From an uncultured Alphaproteobacteria bacterium (lineage in GTDB: Bacteria > Pseudomonadota > Alphaproteobacteria > Rs-D84), in NCBI GenBank assembly GCA_944389135.1, contig CALXLG010000001.1:89421-153420 (forward strand): 64,000 nt of DNA, written 5' to 3'. Shown here piece by piece: positions 29,379 to 38,016 of the stretch (positions within the stretch are counted from its first letter, which is position 1; each line of letters opens with the position of its first letter). The notes below the pieces were generated by a model. It was not told the DNA's origin. It searched no databases and was given only the letters and a program-made list of their open reading frames with translations. Both the position numbers and the translations under genes were made by a program.

Positions 29379-30107
29379 ATGAAATATAAGTTTTATTCTA
29401 TTTTTGCATCTTTATTTATAATGTCTTCTTTTTGTTCTGGTGTGGCATCAGCAAATGTTTTGACATACGATACATCAGACCCTTTATATATGTTAAAAAT
29501 AGAGGATATTTTTTCTCAAACTTCATTAACTTATTGGGATAATATTTTACGTCTTGGTCAGACTGTTTCATATGGTTTAAACAATCGCTTATCTATATCC
29601 GCAAACGTTCATTATCAACAAGATTTTGATGGTACCGAAGACGGTTTTTCTAGTATAGATTTAGGCGCAGTTTATCGTATAAGTACTGCTGATGGTAATA
29701 GCGCAAGAATAATTTCTGATTTGTTGTTTGGGTTTAAGTTTGGTGGCAGCTCTCACGTTCGTACGCCTTATTTTGCAGATTCTACTTATTATGCAGGGTA
29801 TAGGTTTGGTCGTCAGTGGGCGGGTATGACATTGGCTGCTACTATTAAATCTAGTTGGATTTTTGATAATGTTCGCGGTATGTCTTATATTGACTTTATG
29901 CCAGAAGCATATTTTCGCATAACTAATAATTGGCGTTTGGGGGCTAACTTTATGATACGTAAATCAACGAACCCTCATTATAACCAAGAATGGTTAGGTG
30001 GTAAAGTTGTTCGTCAATATGGCAGAACGCAATATATTGGGCATTTAGATTATGAGTTTGAAAGTGAAAATATTCAAGTCGGTACAAAAGTAAACGTTCT
30101 GTTTTAA
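29379..30107 (+). CDS. outer-membrane beta-barrel protein (hypothetical)
   Basis: 242 aa; signal peptide ending SGVASA; C-terminal KVNVLF; beta-strand periodicity. Confidence 0.45.
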   Translation: MKYKFYSIFASLFIMSSFCSGVASANVLTYDTSDPLYMLKIEDIFSQTSLTYWDNILRLGQTVSYGLNNRLSISANVHYQQDFDGTEDGFSSIDLGAVYRISTADGNSARIISDLLFGFKFGGSSHVRTPYFADSTYYAGYRFGRQWAGMTLAATIKSSWIFDNVRGMSYIDFMPEAYFRITNNWRLGANFMIRKSTNPHYNQEWLGGKVVRQYGRTQYIGHLDYEFESENIQVGTKVNVLF

Positions 30108-30147
30108 TTTGACATTATTTGTTTTTATTATATAAATATTCTTTGTC

Positions 30148-31113
30148 ATGAATAGTGATAAAGCAATTTTTGTTTTCCCGGGTCAAGGGGTTCAATATGT
30201 TGGTATGGGGAAAGATTTATTTAATGAATTCCCTGTGGTTAAGCATACTTTTGAACGTGTTTCAGATGTTGTGCATAAAAATATTGCAGATGTTTGCTTT
30301 AATGGCCCGCAAGATGTATTAAATAAACCCGAAAATACTTCTTTGGGGATATTTGCGCATTCTGTTTCTATTGCTAATATATTAGAAGCTCATTTTGACA
30401 AACCTTTATATGATATTGCCTATGCCGTTTCTGGGCATTCGGTTGGACAATATGCCGCGCTTTGTTGCGTTGGAAGTTTAGATTTTAAAGATGCTGTGCA
30501 TCTGGTTGCAGCACGTTCTTCTTATATGGTTATGTCTAATAATAATAATTGCGGAATGGCTTGTGTCGTTGGTTTGCCAAAGGAAGAGGTAGAGCTATCT
30601 TTATTGGCGGCATCAGGAATTGGTTTTGCTGCAATATCAAATCATAATGCAAAAGACCAGTTTGTTATAAGTGGACAAAATGATGCGTTGGACGCTGTTC
30701 TGGCGCGTGCAAAAGAGAAGGGTGCAAAGATGGTGAAACGTTTAAATGTTCAGGTTCCTGCACATTGTGCCTTGATGCAAAACGCAAAGTTATTATTAAA
30801 AAAACGTTTGGAATCTATAAATGTTGAATCGCCAAAAACAAATTGGTTCTCTAATCAAACCGCAAATGTAATGAATAATCCTATGGATGTGAAAGATGCT
30901 TTGGCGGATCAAATGACGCACGGTGTGCGCTGGTTTGAAATTATGGAAAAGTTTCCTACTTATAATATTACTAGGGCATATGAATTGGGGCCGGGCAAGA
31001 CTTTAACAGGTTTAATAAATAGGGCAAATGTTGGTTGTCGGGCAAGCAATACTGATAATTTGAAAAATGTTTTAGAAATGTTAAAAGAATTGTCTGAAGA
31101 AAAAACGCGTTAA
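30148..31113 (+). CDS. fabD: malonyl CoA-ACP transacylase
   Basis: FVFPGQGVQYVGMG and active-site GHSVGQYAAL motifs. Confidence 0.9.
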   Translation: MNSDKAIFVFPGQGVQYVGMGKDLFNEFPVVKHTFERVSDVVHKNIADVCFNGPQDVLNKPENTSLGIFAHSVSIANILEAHFDKPLYDIAYAVSGHSVGQYAALCCVGSLDFKDAVHLVAARSSYMVMSNNNNCGMACVVGLPKEEVELSLLAASGIGFAAISNHNAKDQFVISGQNDALDAVLARAKEKGAKMVKRLNVQVPAHCALMQNAKLLLKKRLESINVESPKTNWFSNQTANVMNNPMDVKDALADQMTHGVRWFEIMEKFPTYNITRAYELGPGKTLTGLINRANVGCRASNTDNLKNVLEMLKELSEEKTR

Positions 31114-32391
31114 TTATTTCTTGTTCAATTTTTCACGTAATGAGTCCCAATATTCTAAGCGCTTTTTGATTTCACGTTCAAAACCGCGTTCTATTGGAAA
31201 ATAAAATTTTTGCCGCTCCATTTTTTCTGGAAAGCAATTTTGACCACTGAAACCGGACTCTGTATTTGGTTCATATATATATCCATCGCCATATCCCAAA
31301 TTTTTCATCATCTTAGTTGGGGCATTTAGTATATTTTTAGGTGGCATAAGACTGCCTGTGTCTTGTGCAGTTCTGTATGCCGACATTTGTGCTTTATAGT
31401 TTGCGGTACTTTTTGGCGCAGTGCCTAAATATATAACAAGTTCTGTTAAGGCCAAATCTCCTTCTGGACTGCCCATTCTTTCATATAGTTGCCATGCAGT
31501 TAGTGCCATTTGCATAGCGTTTGGGTCGGCAAGCCCAATGTCTTCCATTGCGAATCGGCTAAGTCTTCTAAACAAGTACATTGGGTCTTGCCCCGATGTA
31601 ATCATGCGTGCAGTCCAATAAAGGGCAGCATCTGTATCACTGGCACGTAAAGATTTATGTACAGCAGATATTAAATTATAATGTTCGTCGCCATGCTTAT
31701 CAGATAGTGGGGCACGTTTTTGAATTGCTTTATCAAGTGCATCTGCGGACAAAGCTTTTTTGAAATTCGCAGATAATAAATATTCAACTGTATTTAATAA
31801 AAATCGTGCGTCACCATCAGACATTTGGGCCAGATGAATTCTGGCGTTTTCATCAAGTGGTAAAGATTTATTTAAAAACTTTTCTGCACGCGACATTAAT
31901 GTCATCAGGTCTTCTGTTGATAACGGTTGTAATACTCCAATATGACAGCGAGAAAGTAACGCGTTGTTTAAATTAAAACTGGGGTTTTCTGTTGTCGCAC
32001 CCATAAAAACAACGGTGCCGTCTTCTAGGTATGGTAATAAAGTATCTTGTTGCGTCTTATTAAAGCGATGAATTTCATCTATGAACAGCAATGTATTTCG
32101 CCCAATTTCGCGATTCATTTTTGCTGCTTCCATTGCTTTCTTAATATCTGCCGTTCCAGAAAATACTGCCGACATAGGTACAAAGTCCATATCCACAGAT
32201 TTTGCAAGTGCGCGTGCGATTGTTGTTTTTCCGCAACCTGGGGGACCCCACAAAATAAGATTTGATAATTTATGATTGTCAACCATACGGCGAACCAGAC
32301 CATTTTCACCTAATAATTGAGATTGCCCAACAATATCATCTATTGTTGCGGGGCGCATTAAATCTGCAAGAGGTCTGTTTTCGTTTTGCAT
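31114..32391 (-). CDS. rarA: replication-associated recombination protein A (AAA+ ATPase)
   Basis: 425 aa; Walker A GPPGCGKTT, MgsA/RarA C-terminal domain. Confidence 0.9.
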   Translation of the reverse strand: MQNENRPLADLMRPATIDDIVGQSQLLGENGLVRRMVDNHKLSNLILWGPPGCGKTTIARALAKSVDMDFVPMSAVFSGTADIKKAMEAAKMNREIGRNTLLFIDEIHRFNKTQQDTLLPYLEDGTVVFMGATTENPSFNLNNALLSRCHIGVLQPLSTEDLMTLMSRAEKFLNKSLPLDENARIHLAQMSDGDARFLLNTVEYLLSANFKKALSADALDKAIQKRAPLSDKHGDEHYNLISAVHKSLRASDTDAALYWTARMITSGQDPMYLFRRLSRFAMEDIGLADPNAMQMALTAWQLYERMGSPEGDLALTELVIYLGTAPKSTANYKAQMSAYRTAQDTGSLMPPKNILNAPTKMMKNLGYGDGYIYEPNTESGFSGQNCFPEKMERQKFYFPIERGFEREIKKRLEYWDSLREKLNKK

Positions 32392-32470
32392 TTAGGTGCT
32401 TTTACTTGGGTTTTATTTATATTTTATTTGTGGTATAATAAATTGTATTAAATAAACAAAGGTTTATCAA

Positions 32471-32836
32471 TTGGTAAATGTTAATAAAAATTCCGAGTTT
32501 ACTCTTGCAGTGGCAAACCTTGCCGCTGCCGCAATGTCTGCAAACCCTGGTTTAAGTATGACTGATGCAGTAAAAGCAGCGCGCGAGACTTTAAGGGGGA
32601 CTACCGTCAGCCAACAGCAAATAGAGGACTCTGTTCAAAACGATAAAATTCAGTGTTTAGAAGATGGTACTTGGCACATAATGCTAAGAAGATATATAAA
32701 GAGAAAATTTAATCTGACACCACAACAATATAAAGAAAAGTGGGGGCTGCCAGATGATTATCCAATGGTCGCACCAGAGTATACCAAAAAGCGTTCAAAA
32801 ATAGCAAAGAAATCTGGGCTAGGAAAAAATAAATAG
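32471..32836 (+). CDS. MucR/Ros-family transcriptional regulator with degenerate zinc-finger
   Basis: 121 aa (TTG start in ORF track); C-terminal ...TPQQYKEKWGLPDDYPMVAPEYTKKRSKIAKKSGLGK matches Ros/MucR core (PEEYRxKWGLPxDYPMVAP...RSxLAKxxGLG); only one Cys/His retained in finger region. Confidence 0.6.
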   Translation: MVNVNKNSEFTLAVANLAAAAMSANPGLSMTDAVKAARETLRGTTVSQQQIEDSVQNDKIQCLEDGTWHIMLRRYIKRKFNLTPQQYKEKWGLPDDYPMVAPEYTKKRSKIAKKSGLGKNK

Positions 32837-32844
32837 GATATTTC

Positions 32845-34725
32845 ATGTCAGAAAAATTTAGAAATATTGTTACAGGGCCAGAAAAATTGGCTAAACAATT
32901 GCGCGAAGCAATAGAAAAAATGTCGCCAAAAGATTATGTAAAGCGTAATAGAGCGAAAAAAAATGCTTCTGGTAAAAAAGATGAAAATGCTGCAATAAAA
33001 GATAATATTGCAACTGGTTCATTAATGGCTATGAAGGGCGGGGCGTGGCTTGCAGCAGGTGGTGCACAGTTTTTATTAACGTTGGCGAGGTGGTTGACAC
33101 TCGACAATCAATTTATTAGAAATATGGAAGAGAAATATAAAAAAATAAATTTAGAGGAAGTAAAAAAATATCAGCCACAAAAGATAAGAAGTTTTGCGAA
33201 AAACTATCCTAATGTATCATCTCATATTATATGGTATTTTATGCTGTCTGCAACGCTTTTTGGGGGTAAATTCGTTGTTAATTCTAAAAATATGAATGAT
33301 TACAAAAAGTCGTTAATAGATTGGATAGATGATTTGAAATGGAATGATATTGATAAAGAAACTCAATATATTTCCCCAAATAGAGAAGATTTTATAAATG
33401 CGGCATTGGAAGAGTATTGGTCAGAAGTTGCAGTTGGGTTAACAGAATTAGAAACTTACAGGGCAATACCGAAAAGGCATTCTGGTGAAAAGCGTTACAC
33501 TAATGGTTTGGGGTGTACATGGCATTATGTATATAACGAAAATGGAAAGTTAAAACAAGTTGGAAATACCAGCAATACAAGGGCAAATTCAAAAGAATAT
33601 AATTACGAACAGGCGAAAAGACATCTTAAATATGAAACATTAAAAAAGTTAAAAACAGCGATGCTTGGCAAGAAAAATATGAATGGCAAATATGCTGTTG
33701 CGTTAATTTTGGCAGGTTATCAAAGACCTGTGGATATTTCACATATTGCTGCAAGAATAGAAAATGCAAATAATGCCCAAGAAGTTGCGGATGCGTTTAT
33801 GTATATAGGGAAAGACGGGCAAAGATGGAAAAATGGGACTTTGAAGCGTCGTTGGGTTTGTGCTGCGTATGCACTAAATTTGATAAATTCGGCGGATTTA
33901 TTAGAAATGAATCGAGATAGTTTTTCAAAGGTTGAATTGAATAATATCATAAGAAATGGACATTTTTTATTAGATGCAGAAACCGTTAAATTTGTTTTGA
34001 GCAGAACGAATTCTAATTCAACTGTGAAAGAATTTCTAAGTGATTTTCCAGAAGGAAAGAAAATATTGGCTCAAGTAGATGCTGTGGACAACAGTAAAAC
34101 AATAAATCTTGAAGTATTTAATCAACAAGATAAAAAAATAGAAAATTCTATGGCTTGTGTAAATAAGGGAGATAAAAAATTTAAACGAAAAAAATTTGAA
34201 GATGCAAAAGATTTGTATGCCAAGGCTATCGAAATAGATCCTGATAATATGAATGCATATACTGCTTTGGCAGAAACTTATAATAAATTAGGGCATAAAA
34301 ATAATTCAATAGAATATTATAAAAAAGTTACTGAAACTGTTTCTGCTTGTAATAAAAGAATGAATAAAAATAAAAGTTTATTGTATGATAGGGATATAAA
34401 AGCAGAAACTTATTATGCTGCCGGAGTGGCTAGGTTTGAAATGGCTGAAATATATAAAAAATCTGGTGATGATAAATTGGCTAATGAAAATTATAACCTG
34501 GCAAAAAAGAATTTTGAAACAGCAATTTATAATTGTAAAAATGGTAGCGAAGAAGCAACTGATTTAAAAGTTTATGAAGATGCTTTGAAACGAGTAAAGG
34601 AAAAATTAAAGACTAAAAAAATTGCTTTTAATTCAGCAAAAAATATTTTGAATAAAGAAATAAAAGAAAAAAATGCTGTATATGCATGGAAGCAGGCAAT
34701 GCGAAGTGATAATAATTTAGCATAA
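32845..34725 (+). CDS. large hypothetical protein with phage-lysozyme-like (GH24-like) central region and C-terminal TPR repeats
   Basis: 626 aa; segment SGEKRYTNGLG..., YAVALILAGYQ, ADAFMYIGKDG...LKRRWVCAAY parallels lambda/P22-type lysozyme motifs (E...AY.D..G, ALxSLxFNxG, ADAFLxWxKAGK...RRRxERALF); C-terminus KFEDAKDLYAKAIEIDPDNMNAYTALAETYNKLG is canonical TPR. Confidence 0.45.
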   Translation: MSEKFRNIVTGPEKLAKQLREAIEKMSPKDYVKRNRAKKNASGKKDENAAIKDNIATGSLMAMKGGAWLAAGGAQFLLTLARWLTLDNQFIRNMEEKYKKINLEEVKKYQPQKIRSFAKNYPNVSSHIIWYFMLSATLFGGKFVVNSKNMNDYKKSLIDWIDDLKWNDIDKETQYISPNREDFINAALEEYWSEVAVGLTELETYRAIPKRHSGEKRYTNGLGCTWHYVYNENGKLKQVGNTSNTRANSKEYNYEQAKRHLKYETLKKLKTAMLGKKNMNGKYAVALILAGYQRPVDISHIAARIENANNAQEVADAFMYIGKDGQRWKNGTLKRRWVCAAYALNLINSADLLEMNRDSFSKVELNNIIRNGHFLLDAETVKFVLSRTNSNSTVKEFLSDFPEGKKILAQVDAVDNSKTINLEVFNQQDKKIENSMACVNKGDKKFKRKKFEDAKDLYAKAIEIDPDNMNAYTALAETYNKLGHKNNSIEYYKKVTETVSACNKRMNKNKSLLYDRDIKAETYYAAGVARFEMAEIYKKSGDDKLANENYNLAKKNFETAIYNCKNGSEEATDLKVYEDALKRVKEKLKTKKIAFNSAKNILNKEIKEKNAVYAWKQAMRSDNNLA

Positions 34726-34735
34726 GGTTGGAAAG

Positions 34736-36754
34736 ATGAATGTGTTTTTGAATTATAATAATAAGCGTTGGAGAAAATATGAAATTGATTTTCAAAAAAT
34801 CGCCAATGCCGTGGTGGGCTCTATGCACAAAGAGTCAGAAGTTTCAATTATACTTACTGATGATAAAGAAATTCATGCTTTAAACCTAAAGTATAGAAAT
34901 ATAGATAAACCAACAAATGTTCTGTCGTTTGAATTAGGAGATGATATTTTATTAGGTGATATATATATATCTTTGGATACTGTTATCAAAGAAGCAAGAG
35001 AAGCAAAAATTTCTGTGGCGGAGCACACTGCACATATGGTGGTTCATGGTATCTTGCATTTATTAGGATATGACCATCTTAATGATAAAGAAGCCAAGGT
35101 TATGGAAAGCAAAGAAATTAAAATATTACAAAAATTAGGCATTAAGAACCCTTATGAAGAAGATGCTTTTGTTTGTAATAGTAAAGAATGCTGCCCTGGT
35201 AATAAGTTTATGTCTTGGTTGAATAAGCTTAATTTTCGTGAAAATAGTTTTTGGCAATACTTTACATTGGCATTTTTAGGTTTTATAACTTCACTTGGCT
35301 TTGCGCCGTTTCATATGTGGTGGGCCAGTTTAATTGGTATTGCCGGGGCGTATAAATGTTTAACACGTATAAATAATGTTGGTAACTTGTTTAAGACTTT
35401 TGTAAAAGTTTTGCCTTTTAGTTTTGTTTATGCTGTATCAATGTTTTGGTGGGTTGTAAATTCTATATACGTTGTACCAGAACTGACACAGCAATTTGCA
35501 ATTTGGACTTTGCCTGCGTTAATAGGAATCGGTATTTTTGGTGGAATAATATTTGCTTTGCCTTTTGTTGTAGTTTTACGTATACGCACGTTTCCGGCGT
35601 GTAGAGCGTTTTTGTTTGCCTCTGCATGGGTTGTGGTTTTATGGCTGCGCGAGTGGTTGTTGACGGGTTTCCCTTGGAACCCTATTGCAAATATAACTAT
35701 GCCTTTCCCTGTTGTTGCAAATTCAATGTCTTTGTGGGGCGCGTTGGGTTTGAGCTTTATAATTATAGGTTTAATCGCGTCTTTGGTTGAGCTGTTATCT
35801 AACCGTAAAAATAAAACAACATATATTTCATTTTTTGTATTTCTTGTTTTGCTGATAGTTGGATCTGTTTACGGTTATAACAATATAAAAAAATCTGACA
35901 ATATGGGTAATGCAACGCCAGTTATTAGAATTGTGCAACCAGCCCAAAGTGCAACCCAGAAAGCTACTCATTCAAGGGCGGACGCATTAAGAAATGCCGA
36001 AGAAAATGTTAAAATGCTTATGCGTTTAGCTTTGCCAGAGTCAGAAAAAGTAGATTTGGTTGTTTTCCCAGAAACATCTTATCCTTTTGTGATTATGGAT
36101 GGCGACTATATGCCAATATCAGATTTTATGAATAAAAATATTGTTGTTGGCTCGCAATATTACTCTGGTGGAAAAATGTATAATTCTATGTTGATAAGCT
36201 CGGAAAATGGCAGCATAGATAAAATTTATAGCAAATCACATTTGGTGCCTTTCGGTGAATATAGACCTTTGGGTGATATTATTCCAACGCCAGGGCAGTT
36301 GGCGTCAGGGCAGGGAGCAGAAATTATAAGCCTAGAACTTAATGGGCGGACTTTAACTTTCGCGCCTGCGATATGTTATGAAATAATCTTTTCAGATTCT
36401 TTGGTACCAAGACAAACACAACCTGATGCCATTATAAATATTACAAATGATACTTGGTTCGGAAGAACGCCTGGAACTTATCAACATCTTGATATGGTAA
36501 GAAGGTATGCAATTGAATCTGGACTGCCTATAATCAGAGCAAATTATTCTGGTATTAGTGCCTTTGTTTCTGCAAGTGGTCAGATTATATCGGCTCTTCC
36601 AATAGCACAATCTGGAATTTTAGATGGTTTTGTTTGGGGGGCGCATATGACACCATATCGCTTTATTGGCAGAGATGGTTGGATGATTGTGATACTATTA
36701 TTTTCTTGTATATGCACGATATCTTTGTATGCAAAAGAAAAGTATAAAAAATAA
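34736..36754 (+). CDS. ybeY-lnt: fused endoribonuclease YbeY + apolipoprotein N-acyltransferase Lnt (single 672-aa ORF)
   Basis: Residues 1-~145 carry YbeY metal site HGILHLLGYDH; from ~aa 157 (internal MSWLNKL) onward, multi-TM N-terminus and CN-hydrolase domain of Lnt (VVFPETSYPF, ICYEIIF); no stop separates them. Confidence 0.75.
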   Translation: MNVFLNYNNKRWRKYEIDFQKIANAVVGSMHKESEVSIILTDDKEIHALNLKYRNIDKPTNVLSFELGDDILLGDIYISLDTVIKEAREAKISVAEHTAHMVVHGILHLLGYDHLNDKEAKVMESKEIKILQKLGIKNPYEEDAFVCNSKECCPGNKFMSWLNKLNFRENSFWQYFTLAFLGFITSLGFAPFHMWWASLIGIAGAYKCLTRINNVGNLFKTFVKVLPFSFVYAVSMFWWVVNSIYVVPELTQQFAIWTLPALIGIGIFGGIIFALPFVVVLRIRTFPACRAFLFASAWVVVLWLREWLLTGFPWNPIANITMPFPVVANSMSLWGALGLSFIIIGLIASLVELLSNRKNKTTYISFFVFLVLLIVGSVYGYNNIKKSDNMGNATPVIRIVQPAQSATQKATHSRADALRNAEENVKMLMRLALPESEKVDLVVFPETSYPFVIMDGDYMPISDFMNKNIVVGSQYYSGGKMYNSMLISSENGSIDKIYSKSHLVPFGEYRPLGDIIPTPGQLASGQGAEIISLELNGRTLTFAPAICYEIIFSDSLVPRQTQPDAIINITNDTWFGRTPGTYQHLDMVRRYAIESGLPIIRANYSGISAFVSASGQIISALPIAQSGILDGFVWGAHMTPYRFIGRDGWMIVILLFSCICTISLYAKEKYKK

Positions 36755-36854
36755 CTATATAAAACTTGTCTTGGTGTTTGTGAATTTTTATTAAAGAAAA
36801 TATAAAAAATAAACGTAAATTTTATAAACACTAAAGACGAAAAAATCATAATAC

Positions 36855-37058
36855 TCAATTTTTGAGGTTGTTTAAAACCCAAACTCTTATTGCCGAAGAT
36901 AAGTTCGTTTTTGGTGGGCGATTTGAATCAATGGCAGAAATTATACCTGCAATAGATTGGTTCTTGTTTGCTGCAATTTCTTTTAAAGCGTTTATAAATT
37001 CTTCTTCTAATGATATGCTGGTTTGGTGCCCAGATAAAGATACCGATATTTTTTTCAT
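36855..37058 (-). CDS. ribbon-helix-helix (RHH_4-like) protein
   Basis: 67 aa; MKKISVSLSGHQTSISLEEEFINALKEIA...LSSAIRVWVLNNL matches RHH_4 family; 2-nt gap to upstream gene. Confidence 0.55.
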   Translation of the reverse strand: MKKISVSLSGHQTSISLEEEFINALKEIAANKNQSIAGIISAIDSNRPPKTNLSSAIRVWVLNNLKN

Positions 37059-37060
37059 AA

Positions 37061-37495
37061 TTAATTTTTCCCCGCAATTAAACAGTCGGTTAATGCTTTA
37101 TATGGGTCGTCATATTGCCGTAAAACATTTAATGTCATATTGTCCAACATCATGCATGTCCCAAAAGAATCAAATGCAAACCAAAATAAATCATTTCTGC
37201 CGAATACGGTTTTCCCGCGCATGCGATTTATGTCTGATAAATCTTTGTTTACTTGAACAATATCTGGTACAGGAAATTTGTTGTTAACTGAAAATTCTGT
37301 TGGACCAAAGATATAACCATTGCCAAGATTTATACCACCAACGTCTTTGTATAGGTTTATTATAAATGCAGGTAACATTGCTGCCTGTATCTTTTGTAGC
37401 ATGGTATTTGCTAAATCAATATTTTGTTGCGTTTCGGCAGTCGCAAATGTTGCACCGTGCTTTTTTATGTTGGATAAAAATTCTTCCATTGTCAT
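37061..37495 (-). CDS. SUKH-like (Smi1/Knr4/Syd-like) protein
   Basis: 144 aa; MLPAFIINLYKDVGGINLGNGYIFGP resembles SUKH N-terminal LPxxYxxFLxxxNGG motif; family assignment by pattern only. Confidence 0.35.
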   Translation of the reverse strand: MTMEEFLSNIKKHGATFATAETQQNIDLANTMLQKIQAAMLPAFIINLYKDVGGINLGNGYIFGPTEFSVNNKFPVPDIVQVNKDLSDINRMRGKTVFGRNDLFWFAFDSFGTCMMLDNMTLNVLRQYDDPYKALTDCLIAGKN

Positions 37496-37509
37496 TTTTT
37501 ATCCTTTTA

Positions 37510-38016
37510 TTATTCCATGCCACGTTCCGCGGCAAGCTGGGCTGCAAGTTGAGATAACCTGTCGGCTGTCGCGTTTCCGCCGTCACCACCAGATGCAGTA
37601 TGTGCAGGAACATATATCTTTTTAACGGGGTTAGGTAACCATATTTTTTCATTGCCATATTGTTCAATAATAAATCTATCCAATCTATGAGAGTGGGGAA
37701 AAGTGCTGCACATAAACATGTTGTCTAATTCAAGACCGCCGCCAAAAACAAGTGGTATGCGAAATCTAATAGATAAATTTGCAGGCATTCTTTTCCCTGT
37801 TATTAATCCCATAAATTCATCTTGTGATAGATTCATAAATGCAATTTCTTCGGTAGAGTCTGTCAAAGATTCCATAAATTGACGACATAGATTTTTATAT
37901 CGGGTAAACCAATCAGGTGAAAGTTTTACTTTTTCAGGAGCTATACAAATAATTGGCATGTCTTCCATTTTTAAGGCTGCCAATTTTTGTTCGGCTGTTT
38001 CTTGACTCCAATGCAT
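37510..38016 (-). CDS. hypothetical cytoplasmic protein (168 aa), no family recognised
   Basis: ORF translationally coupled (TGATG overlap) to upstream membrane protein; Ala/Gly-rich C-terminal tail. Confidence 0.4.
   Translation of the reverse strand: MHWSQETAEQKLAALKMEDMPIICIAPEKVKLSPDWFTRYKNLCRQFMESLTDSTEEIAFMNLSQDEFMGLITGKRMPANLSIRFRIPLVFGGGLELDNMFMCSTFPHSHRLDRFIIEQYGNEKIWLPNPVKKIYVPAHTASGGDGGNATADRLSQLAAQLAAERGME

Noticed and set aside
37320-37625. Plus-strand ORFs (101 aa, 63 aa) overlapping the SUKH-like and 168-aa genes
   Set aside because: Shorter, Cys/Phe-rich and antisense to the tightly coupled minus-strand operon; less plausible than the minus-strand reading.
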